A DNA stretch of 56,276 bases, the filler included, from Perkinsus olseni (taxonomy: Eukaryota), in NCBI GenBank assembly GCA_013115125.1. It is 4 parts of 4 records of this genome, joined end to end, with 100 filler letters (N's around TTAATTAATTAA, not from the genome) between each part and the next. Parts side by side here need not be neighbours in the genome. Positions count along the whole stretch, not along the records: positions 14,204 to 28,272 come from JABANN010000738.1; positions 28,373 to 42,336 come from JABANN010000739.1; 2 more parts are not named here. One strand, 5' to 3'. Each line of letters starts with the position of its first letter. Within the stretch, counting starts at the first letter, position 1. A program made the translations under genes and the position numbers. Below, piece after piece: positions 20,799-32,159 of this stretch. The notes under the pieces were generated by a model. The model did no database searches. It was given only the letters and a program-made list of their open reading frames with translations, and was not told the origin of the DNA.

Positions 20799-23700
20799 AT
20801 GTCCATCCTCTCATCGTTGGGTCCATGGCGGGCCTGCCGAGCTAACTCCTTGCCGCTCCCGTTGGACGCCTCCTTCGACAGCCCATCGTCCACATCATCA
20901 ATCGACCGTATCAATGCACACCTCAACAGTGTTATAGTAGAAGACGTTAGTTTGGAGGTAGGACAGCTACGCTCCGCCGCCGCTTCCACTTTTACGTCAG
21001 GATGTACCGCAGGATCTGGGCCGAGAGATTCGACCGATGATCGAAACGCAAGCTTGTCGTTCTCGGAGAGAAGGAAATGTGTCGCCCGTGGTGAGGTGGA
21101 TGGGAGGAGCTCCCTGAGCAACGGCAAGATGTCAGGCTGCAAAGTCGCCGCTGGGACAGGGGGCAACTCCACCATCGGAGGAACGGCCCCCAAGGAATGT
21201 CAGCAGTGGCAATCGTCTCACGGTGAGCCCATCGGCTTGGCTGTCTCTTCGGTAGGCCCTTTGCTAGGTACCTAGCAGATCTCTGTTCAAGTCGCAGGTC
21301 TTAAGAATTCCGGCCGATAAGAAATCACCTGTCGCGATAACTACGCCGGACACGAGGACGCCGTCGGGTGAGCTACGGCTCGTCTTGCTCCGTCAGTAGC
21401 AGTACGTGCTAGGTGGTCGGATGACGAGTCCGAAGCCACGACCAGCAAGCCTTATCATATCACGGTCTTTGATGGAGGAGGAGGAAGCTCCACCGGAGGC
21501 GCTGTTATCGGTCGCCGGCAAGATGAGTAGAAACGCCTCTTCTTGATTCTGCTTCGCTCCGCCTTTTTTATCAGGTCACATCTCAGTGTCATCATTCACC
21601 CCCAATAATAACGCAACCCCCCTAGCATCGTACCCCTCCTGTCGAGCTAATGAGTGTGTCCTCAACAGCAACAACAACTGGTCTCCAGCGGGCAACCAGT
21701 CCGTCTGCGCACCACCATCCTCGATCGGCTTCGAAACGGGGGAGGGCCTGTCCAACCAAATAAGCGAGAAGTGCTTCACTCAGGACGCTCAATGGAAGCG
21801 TGCAGTAGAGGAGGTCCGACGGGCGGTAAGTCCGTCGCCTTTCGAGGTCATTACCATCGGCGGGCGTGCACAGGTGCAGAAGTCAGTTGCCCGGGGCTGC
21901 GCGGCCTCCCCCTCCGAGTTGGTAGCCGATCTCTTGCGAGAGGGGGCTGCCGAGCTGTACGGCTTCTGGTCCCTCAGCGAGAGGTCTCTCATGCCCATGA
22001 TAGATCTCATAATGGGAAACTCTAAAATAGTGCCCTGTCGTGAGGCTACTATGATGAGGTAACCACTGGAGTACACGGCCCATACCACGGGTTGCTAGGC
22101 TTAGGTCCTCTGATGGGAACACAGTAGTGCCCCTGACTACGTCGGAGGCTGGTCCTCTGCTGTCATGGTCTCCATCGTTTATCACACGGCGGTGGAAACG
22201 AGGGTTGGCATTGTTCGGGATGGGCGAGCCATGGGATGATAAGAAGACTTGCTTCATCATCATGGATCTATTCTTTTTCACCATATCACTCGCCTACGGC
22301 CTCTACGTGAGGTGAGGAGGGTCCAACAGCCATCGTCATCTCAACAGCTTGACAACTCGACAGCTCGTTCGAATTATCATGTCTCTGCGCCGTGCGTTTT
22401 GCAGCGACTATAAAGGAAGACCGCCCCAGTCGTCGTCGCCTAACGCGCCCCGCTCACGGAGACGCCGACTTCTTTGTGCTCAGATACGGTCGTCCAGCAG
22501 GCCAATTATTGGGCTTTCCTCTGGTCCTCGCTCGTGGCGGAGCGATGGGCACGCTCCTGTACAGTATTGCCTTGTTCGCTACTATGAGTCGTCGTTTAAT
22601 CACATCGTTGTATAAGATAACTGAATATAAACCCTTGTTACATTCCCTTTCGATCCACGTACACTCAGCCTGGCTGCTGGCAGTGTATGTTGTGGTGAGT
22701 CGAGCCCCTACTCGGATCATCGCTAGGGTCTGACCGTCAGGTGCACGTCTTTGGCCATTTGGTCGGCACAATACCAGTGTTTATCAAGAGTAAGCCCGGC
22801 ATCATAAATTCAGTACGCCTCCACAGCAGGCTCAACACTGTCCTAGAGAGTCCCTTATAGGTATTAGTCTGTGCCAAGCCGGGTTTCGAGCCAATCCTAC
22901 CGTCATTGGTCCCCATTCGCCCATCGTGCCCCCTTGACTCAACCCCAACGGTGTGGGGCATATTTTCGAGCACTGTTGGTTGGTCGGGTGCCGCCCTCAT
23001 TTTACTACTTGCCTTCATGTATGAGTATTCTACTCTTTCTTGCACGTACCGATCGGCTTTCAGGGGGCGGTATTCTCGTAAGAAGTTTCGATGGTCTCAT
23101 TACAAGACATTTCAATTCATACATACTACATGCATGGTCCTCTACGTTTTACTGCTTTACGTAAGTCTGTGCTGCCTTTAAGCTCGCATACTATGGTGGT
23201 GAACATCGGCTGTGTGGTCTAGTGGTATGATTCTCGCTTAGGGTGCGAGAGGTCCCGAGTTCAATTCTCGGCACAGCCCTTCTTATGGCTACTTAGATAC
23301 ATGGTTCATCACAGCTGCTGGGGCACGGTTTGCCTCTCGTAGTTCCCATCGTCATGCCCATATGTCTGTTGTATGGAGACCCACGGGCGTCGGCCAAGGG
23401 AACTCTCTGGTCTCAGGTACTTATTCTTCCGAATCCGGCGGAGCTTTCATCGACGCGTACGTATAATCCGGGCAGAGAGCGTGAGCTCGGAGCTGCTCAG
23501 GATTGACATTGCCACAGGCGAGAAATTCGTGAGGCGGTGCAGCCCAGGGTGACTCAGTACCGGTCTTGGGATTCGAACCCGAGACCTCGAGGTGTTCCTT
23601 CAGGATGTATGTCCATGTTCTCTGTCCAGAGATCTCATGGTTCGAGTGGCATCCATTCAGCGTTGCCAACTGGCCTGCTCTTGGCACGGGCTTCGTCCGG

Positions 23701-25110
23701 CTGTTGGTCAATACCAAAGGAGATTGGACAAGGCAGCTTCACCGGAGGTGACCAACATCCCAGATTCGAGCTGTTGGGCGTGATGCCGGCCATACTTGCT
23801 ACTATGCTCAGGTGCGAAGAGAAACCGAACGACCTGCCTAAAGTGAAGCTGGACGGACCTTTCTGCGCTCCTGCCCAGAGCATCAAGGCAGATGTCACTA
23901 CGTTGACCAAGGAGACAGCTCCGAAGCGATCACTGACTAAAAAGTTGTGGAATAGACGGAGTGTCAGCGTAGGTTATCGGCGCTTCTCTCACAGTCCGTC
24001 GTTGGTCAATCACACCCATTCAGACCAGAGACTTGGACTACGCTAGCGATAGCGATGAGGAGGCCGAGGACGACATAGAGCAGGGCCAGCTCGGTGTCAC
24101 GGCGTCGCAGCCTGATTGCGGATGCTCGCTGGATGACGTTATCGTATGCATTGGTGCAGGAGTTGGCATCACACCCTTCTTGAGCAGCCTTGATGCCATG
24201 TTGAAAAAGGCCGCGGCACATAAGGCGTCAGGAGAACAGGCCGAGATTGGTAGGAGCAAGAAGGTGAGCGCTGCGGGGCCGATGGATGGGAACTGGTACC
24301 CTTCGAGGTGTGGTTCTACTGGCTCACTCGGAACGCCGGGGATTTCCTCTCTGGCGTGAGCATCCTACGGCAGCTCTCAGCAGCTGCAACGAAGGTGCTG
24401 CTCACCGGGGACACCGGCCTGGCTGGGCTGACAGAGGTCCACCTGAGGCTACACGTTACCGCGGCAGTCGGGGTGAGTGGGCAGCAACACCACCACTGTG
24501 TCGGTGTAAGATCTTCCTGCCTCAGCCCCTGCAGCTACAGAAGCCCTCAACATTCCTCTTTCATGAGAGCCTTAGTAAGGTTATCTGCCTTCAGATGGCC
24601 ACGGCTCGGACGCCGTCCGACGAGGATACCAAGTAGGTAAAAGCTCGATGGTCATCGGTCATTCACAGCTCCTGCAGGCAAGCCTTCATGTGCGACATCC
24701 CCACCGGGTCGTCAGTACTGCACGACTCGTACACAGCGGACTCTGATGACTCCGCCACAGCTCGAGAGGGCCCCAGCAGCAGTATACCCATCCGTTTTGG
24801 CCGCCCTTGCTGGCCTCAAGACTTCGTGAAAATCGCATTCAGTGATCGTTGCCCGCTCCACCAAGGCCACATAGCATCTGCTCCCGCGCCAGTGGAGGCT
24901 CCGACCAAATGGGTGTAGGTTTCCGTTATCCCGCCTCGAGTATCGGTCCCCTGTTTTGAGGTATCTATGCGGTAACACTAGGCTACAGGCAGATGTAGCT
25001 GATGCATGCCGATGGGCGTCCAATGAGACCGGCCATAAATTTGTACTCTCGCGGAACTACTGCTGCCACTACTCCAGTTCTGTCAGGTACTCATGTGTGA
25101 AGAGTTCTGA
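20799..25110 (+). CDS. NADPH oxidase / ferric-reductase-domain flavocytochrome with long low-complexity N-terminus, multi-exon
   Basis: LARGGA; TM3 H-x13-H-x3-H (HVHSAWLLAVYVV|VHVFGH); TM5 HTTCMVLYVLLLY|IH; FEWHPFS (FAD); LDGPFCAP; IGAGVGITPF (NADPH); FGRP; YLCG; C-terminus F|VLMCEEF*. Confidence 0.9.
23208..23279 (+). tRNA. trnP-AGG: tRNA-Pro(AGG), inside NOX intron 23161-23296
   Basis: GGCTGTG/CACAGCC acceptor, CTCGC-TT-AGG-GT-GCGAG anticodon arm, CCGAG-TTCAATT-CTCGG T-arm. Confidence 0.97.
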
Positions 25111-25496
25111 TCTTTTGAATGGCTCTGCAAGATCGCTGTTACATAGTTCTGAATCATCTATTATTCCCTCGGCACATTCGATCCTTCTTCCTCCCTTTCA
25201 TCGCTATCAAGTTCATCCACTCTAAGCCGTCCAGTGTCGGGCGCGCAAGAAGCTCCCATCTGATGTATATACATTCTCGATCAGCATGCCTCTCGACCTC
25301 TCTGCATGGAGCCAGTCTCCTCTTCACGCTTGGTTCGGCACATGAGTTGTCAATCTCGTGGAGTGTAACTATAACATTTTCAGCCATTACTCACCAACAC
25401 TGATGACCCCAGCCAAGCAATGGCCATCGCATCATCGCCAACACGTGAGCCATTCCGCGTCCGGCGATCCTTCGAGGAATCGGGATGTTTCAGGCC

Positions 25497-27210
25497 ATGG
25501 GCGTTTTGCCCCTGATCTTGGTCATCGTCACCACGGTGCCATGCTGTGCCGTGTCGAAGAAGTCCCACACTGCTGATCTCACTGTCTCCGGAGAGAATCT
25601 AGTTGAACGTGCCATGTTGGACCCCATCTATCTGCAACAGGAGAGTGAGCACGACGACCATCCGTCAGTTGCCCATGTCGGACTGCTGCTGCTTAGGACG
25701 CGCGCTGTATTACCAAATTCCCGTCGGCGGCTCAACGCCACTGGCTCAGGGGCCGGGCAGTGATGAAAACTCGAGGAACGTGGCAGAACTGTTGGAGTAT
25801 CTGCAAGCCTTTAGGCGTGACATCGACACTAAGGTAACTATTTCTTGCTATCTTGAGGGACCTTACATCTCCTTTATGCCATATTATGTCAGAAACCAGG
25901 CCATGGGAAGGTGGTGGACGTACCGAACGCTTTGGCGAAGCCCTCCCACACCGCACCTTCCCAGCAGCAGCAGTTGGAGCCATCCGAGGCCGTCGGAGTA
26001 ACACATGGGATAGAGTGGTCCGTCGCTGACAGTTATTTGCATAGGTCAACCACATGCTCGCGGCTCGCGGTAGCTGCCGAGCCTTCGCTGAGCAGGGCTG
26101 TCTGAATCCGGACCTAGATGCCATGCCCGACGCGCAGCGTGAGTATCGTGCTGCTACCGATATTCACACTGGCCTCGGTGCCAGTACTCGGACCATGCAG
26201 GTGTACTCGAACAGGCCTCCGACAGTGGGCTGGCCAGTAGCACACGAAGGATCTCAGTCGAGCAATGCCGCGAAGACGTAAGGGGGTTACATTGCGTATC
26301 CTTCCTCTCATCGAAGTCTCAGACCTGTGACGCCGGAGCATGTTCGGATACGTCTAACGAGCTGATGTGCCGAGGATGTCTCCGTAACTGCTTCCGGTGG
26401 GATAAAGAGACCGACTTGACAGTTGGGAGCTGATGGACTACTTTCAGTTACTGCCTGTTCCAGCACGAGCTGCTCTGTATGAGGCGACTCTGTGCTTCCT
26501 CGATCCTCGCTGCAGTAGACTCTTTTGTGAAGACTGTCGGGAGTGGTCACGGCCCGTGGGCTGGGAAAGGGGAGGCCCTGGCGAAGGTATGTGCGGCAGC
26601 TGTCAGCCTGCGGCTCCACTATTTGGTCGCAGGCGATCGGCGTGCAGTACTCCACCCTGCAAGGGCAGCAGATAGGCGAGACTGCCAGGTTGGTGTGGAG
26701 CATAGAAGTGGTGAGGACAGCGCTTTCATTGGTCTTCAGATGGGTCCACCAGATCATGGATCGGGATGTGACGCATCCCCGATGCACGGAAGAACATACA
26801 GCCGACAGCGACCCGACAGGATACTTGCACAAATTGGTAAGCCAGTTGGGAGGATCGAACCCCCGACCTTCAGTTTACAAGACTGATGCTCTGCCACTGA
26901 GCTAAACTGGCTGTATTTTGTATGTCTGGAGTCCTGTACGCACGACGAGTTCATTCAGGTCACGTGCACTCAGAAGTCGCCTCGAGTATCGCTCAAGAGG
27001 GTAGACGAGGACAACATAGAGCCACAGGTCTTATGCGCCGACATGCCAGAAAGGAGTGTCACTGACGGTGAGTCACTGGTGAAGCCCTTGAGTCGATTGA
27101 TTGGGTTGCCTTCAGGCGGGGCTCCAGTAAACTTCACGGCCGTTGCTGATCGAAGGTCACGCCGACTCTGGATTGACATGACTAAAGATGCCGCGATTGT
27201 GCATGTGTGA
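25497..27210 (+). CDS. Hypothetical secreted Cys-rich protein, multi-exon
   Basis: Signal-peptide-like MGVLPLILVIVTTVPCCAVS; Cys-rich exon CDAGACSDTSNELMCRGCLRNCF; frame is continuous across intron 26837-26958. Confidence 0.6.
26840..26911 (-). tRNA. trnT-TGT: tRNA-Thr(TGT), antisense inside intron 26837-26958
   Basis: Reverse complement: GCCAGTT/AACTGGC acceptor, GCTC/GAGC D-stem, TCAGT-CT-TGT-AA-ACTGA anticodon arm, T-loop TTCGATC. Confidence 0.97.
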
Positions 27211-28075
27211 TGATGCGTGATGCTCTTCGGTGGAGACATTGTCTGTTGCTATTATACTTGGGTAGGAAGTACACTCAAGCCAGACTAATAAGCGCCGTTC
27301 TGCTGTTCGAAGCACAAACCAACTCCATCGGCGAAGCAAGCCAGCGGGTCTCGGTTCCCCGCAGTTCACATTCCTCCTCACGTCAGACAACGCGACGGGA
27401 TTGCAAGGAAGAATCCGCGAATCCACTTTAACTTGTTCGTCATGCTTAACTTGAGCAATCTTCTTCTCACTTGAACAGTGATCAAACAATAATCTCTTTC
27501 TCAAACAGTTGAAGATGTTCTGCATCCACCATCTTTGCATCCTTCCCGGTGAGTTGTGGCCCGCGTAGCGATTGACTAATGTAACAAAATGGCGCATTCA
27601 AATTGTAATACCGTTGAGCTTCATACATATCCGATCACCGGAAGAACATCGTCAAACAACAATCTCATGCGTGAGTCCGAAGACTAGGGCGCCGGAGTTT
27701 CTAGATGATCCTCTCTCTGTTGATATCCTCGAAAATTTTCACATCTGCTGCATTCACCTTTTCATAGACTTCGCAGAGATCCTCATGCATCTCAGTGAGC
27801 TGATAATCCCTCTCAGGGATGTGTAAACCCGCTCCGAAATGCCTCCTCTTTACCATGACAGACCGGAGGTGGCTCAGAACTTTCTTACAATCCTTCTTAC
27901 TCTCGTAAAACCTCAAGCGGGGTAGAGAACCCCGACTTATCTCAGGGAGGGGGTCGAGCTCTCGGTTGATCGCGTAAATCCTGCCACGGACGTGCTGAGG
28001 GTTGGTTGTTGGGGCCGTTATACTTCTGAGGGCTGCCACTCCCTCTCCGGTTACGTCGCTGAGAAGACAGGCCAT
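27157..28075 (-). CDS. Hypothetical protein (ORFs 27701-28075 and 27157-27597; structure unresolved)
   Basis: Two protein-like - strand ORFs; no recognised domain. Confidence 0.3.
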
Positions 28076-28272
28076 CGACCAGCAAGCTCAGCTACAGCGG
28101 TGATACTGCCCCGTTGCATTGCCAACCATAGTAAATCGAGCGTGGGGTGAAAGACGATCCTTACTAATGGAAAATGTGATGCGGGCACATAATCATTGTA
28201 TGACGAACTACACGAAGCCCGCGCAGTGTAGAGTGGTGCAAATACAGAGACGAAGCAAGCGCTCGCCTGCGG

Positions 28273-28372
28273 NNNNNNNNNNNNNNNNNNNNNNNNNNNN
28301 NNNNNNNNNNNNNNNNTTAATTAATTAANNNNNNNNNNNNNNNNNNNNNNNNNNNNNNNNNNNNNNNNNNNN
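28273..28372. other. Artificial contig-join linker
   Basis: N44-TTAATTAATTAA-N44. Confidence 0.98.
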
Positions 28373-28434
28373 GCCGAAATTTCATGAAATTTTCGAAATT
28401 GAAATGTCTGAAACGTGAAATTTCACAGGGCCTA
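28373..28434. mobile_element. Probable DNA-transposon terminus (hAT-like) at the contig edge
   Basis: Cluster of GAAAT subterminal repeats ending in CAGGGCCTA (reverse complement TAGGCCCTG). Confidence 0.45.
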
Positions 28435-31123
28435 CATAACCCTGCATTATAGTATGCCTCAGTTCGGGCAACCTCAGTCTGGAAGCATAGAGTCCAGGTA
28501 CCAGTAGCAGCGTCGTAGTAGCAAACGTATGCGGCTACCTCGTATTGCTAGTATCAGCTGGTCTTCGCGTTTTTGTTCTTTTGAGCTCATTCATGGCCCA
28601 GAGTTTCACTTACCTGTCACTACTATCAGGGGCACAATCCCGCTGATTCTGTTCAGACCTGCTATTCACCGCAGCTTTGGCGACAATGGCGCTGCGACAT
28701 GACGTGAATACATGTGGATTCGTTTTCCCGAGTACTAAGGTCGTGTTCCCGTCCTTATCACTCGCTGTGTAAAGTTCCCACTAGGAACACTGCACAAGGG
28801 GGTATTCTAGGAGGAACTTATCTATCAATATTATAAATAGTAGGGTCACCTGACGCTAGGCTAAGATGCGCGCTACGGCAAGAGGCCAGAGCCGAGGAGG
28901 CAACTCACGCACGGAAACGACGCAGTACTTCACCATTTTTGGGAATGGTGGTCCTCTATTTCTGGGAATGCGGTGGGGAATAACATATTTTAAAAGTATT
29001 GTTTTTGGCTTTGCCGCCATATCGGTCTATCCGATATGAGCTACAATAGCTCAGGTATTGCAGACTTTCGCTGTCTTCACTATTGCCTTCTCAAATTTAC
29101 GCACCACCCGCCTGCAGAAGGAAAACTTTCCTGAAAATAGTGAGCATATCAAGTAGCAGCAGGATCCGTGACTGCAAGAATCCTGGCTCGGGAATTTTAC
29201 ACCAACTGATGTTCTTTGACGCGGCGATTGTGAAATTTGTCCCAAGAAAATCGGGTTTTCTTGGTGAGGTGCGAAATGTGATGTACGTCATGCCTTGATC
29301 ATTCAGCCTATTCCGTGCCTTTTTGCACCAAGACTGCTCCCCCCGGCCGAAATAAGCTCCTTGTAACCTGCAAAGAGTCTCGGCTGCAGATCGCGCTGGT
29401 GTATGAGTTGAGCGCACCGGATTCTTCCGTGAATGTTTGGAATATGCTCTCTACCTCACGGTCCAAATTAGCGTGAGGCATCTGCTGTCGTCTTCTTCTT
29501 GCCCTGTATGAATTATCATATCTGTGAACCATGGCGATTGGTGTCAACAGCGGGAGGATTTGGCTGCCAGAGGCCCGGTAGCTATGTACGTGAGCAGTAT
29601 ACCCCTTACTGACCGACTATCATTCGAAGGTACCATGTTACATGTCATATAACAGGTTATATAATATATGACCTGTTGCCGTCCTTTGTTCTTACGATTG
29701 CCCCCGCTAAGGTACATGCTCTTGCCTCTAGAAGAACGGCAATTAGTACACGCTGTACTAACACGGTCTCGTGTATTGTACACGAGACGTCATGTCATGA
29801 CGTCTCGTCGCGAGACTTTCGTGTACAGTCATGAGTCATGACATGACGGTCATGAGAAGGGACCGATGAGTCGGCTGGAACGTTTGAATCAAGGGTTAGT
29901 GAAATCTGAAGCGCAAATTCTGAGCTCGATTCTGTGCTTGACTAGGATAGGATAGCGAAACTTCCTGTTCAATTAAGGTTAACATCTGTCAGAACTTCGA
30001 TCTGCTGGTAGGTTTCGCCATTCCGCGGCAAGGACGAGGAGGAGAATTGCTGAAGTATCCAGAGGAAACGAATCCCTTGAACGGCATAATGGTGTATCTC
30101 AACCGGCGCTGTTGGACGCATTGATCACGTGTCGCATATATTTGGAATCTACAATTTGTAGAAAAGGCAGTGGACGACTGCAAAGTACGGCATGTGCCCG
30201 ATTTCTGGCCAGTGCATTTGCTCAGCACGAGTTGAGCCTCTGCCTCCTCAATTCGTTAGGAACAACTACTGTACATCTGCTATCTTAAGGAGTTTCACTA
30301 AGCCTATGGCTCTCAGGATGTGACAAAAGTTTTAATGTGGCTGAAGGAACCGAGAAAAATGCATGATCAGAGATGTTGGCAACACCAGCAACATCATGCT
30401 GCTGGTGATTCAATCCATACATGTCAATTTTCTTGAGCTCGGAAGTTTGCACAATGTAACTCCACGGTTCGTGCCTCGCAGTGACTGACAGTCACCTCCC
30501 TCTGTGCGAATACGCCCAGGAGAGACGAATTCATCTTTAGGAGCTCGCAGGAGGCAGAAGATCGAGGCCTTCAGAAAGTCGCTTTCTACTGACAGATTCT
30601 GTCAGACTGAATGCTCAGGAAGACTCTCAGCGAGAAAGAAGCGCGTTGAGACTGCTGGTGAGGGTAAATGTGAGCAGGGTGAGAGGGTGGCCGTTCTTTT
30701 CTTCGTCATTCTTTCCGTCAGAAAGGAAACTTATTGTTCTTGAATGAAAGGATGTCTATTTTTCACAGGAAAATAGGAAAAAGAGCGAAAATATGCAACT
30801 TGGCGGAAAATGGAGAAAAAACTGAGAAAAACGCAAGAAAAACGCGGAAAATGAAGAGAGCGAGATGTGATTAATGGCGGCCATTCAAATGTGCCTCAGT
30901 TTTATTAGTTCTGATAGAAATATGTAGTTCTTGCGGATATTGGCGCCAGGAGAAAAGCTCGCACGTTCTACAGCTTCTCAACAGAACTTTTGGCATTTGC
31001 CAAACATTTGTGCTCTGTTTGCTCGTACCGGTGCGGCATCTGCACTGTCTACATAACACAATGGAGCTGTGCTCATACTAGCTTCGCATTATCACACCAT
31101 TCTCTCAACTATTCCACTTACTA

Positions 31124-31427
31124 AACCCCCTTACAAAGTAATAGAACATTATAAAGACTCAGAAAACATGCACATGACATTTTTTAGCTGACGTTGCTCA
31201 CGTCCAACCGAAAATCATAAGATTTGTGAAATGTTCTATTTGTTGTAAGCGCGGAAAAATTGACCGTCTCAAGAAAGTAAGTGCGGCGAGCGAAACTGAG
31301 CTTGATTTTCATATATTTTGTTTCTCGGTAAGCAATAACCATACACATGAAGTTTCATGGCCTAGATCGTAATAGAAGCCGGGTATTCTAAAAAAATCGC
31401 AATGTTCTATTATTTTGTAAGGGGGTT
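31124..31427. mobile_element. 304-bp MITE with 27-bp TIRs, flanked by TA
   Basis: AACCCCCTTACAAAGTAATAGAACATT ... AATGTTCTATTATTTTGTAAGGGGGTT (1 mismatch); TA at 31122-31123 and 31428-31429. Confidence 0.88.
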
Positions 31428-32159
31428 TATGTGCTCTATCTCGATCACTCATCACTATCTCTATCATTGATCACAGTATGATCTCGATCACTATGAGCCC
31501 AATTACTAATGTTGTGTTCTACAGCTACACCTACTGCAACGAGATAGTGCTCATCAATCCATGAAAATATCTGATATAATATAGGAATAATCCACGAAAT
31601 GTCAGTGATATTTTGTGCAGGCATTGGGCCAATGCAATTGACTATAACAAAGTGCCCTGCTGCAGTCTGCAGAGCACTCTTGCTAACCGGGCAGCATTGC
31701 TCATCGGTGCTGCCAGGCTCTGACAGCCAACCTCTGTCTCTGAGATATGGAGGATCTCGATTCGACAGTCCCAAACTCCGCCTGAGTCGAGGTATGGCCC
31801 ACACTGAGTCTAGGCCCCTGAATCTTGAATAGTACAAAAATAGGCCTGTCAAAGTTGAGGTTTAGTAGTGTCAATCTTGGGCCCGACATACTATGAGGGT
31901 GACATTCTTGAATTCTCATTGACAAACTTGCATCCACAGATATCACATTTGGCATTATTGAATTCCCATTGTCATTCTCTGGATTCAACAATGTCATTCT
32001 TGTCTGCTCATGTGTCAAACTTGCACGGGAAATGTTGTATATCCTCGCAATAAGGTAGAGTGACTGGAGAGTAATTGAAGGAATGCTCCATTGTTCCTGT
32101 GAGAATTTCTCACTGAGAAACTGCCGATCCAATACATCTTCTCGGCCCAGAACTCCGCA

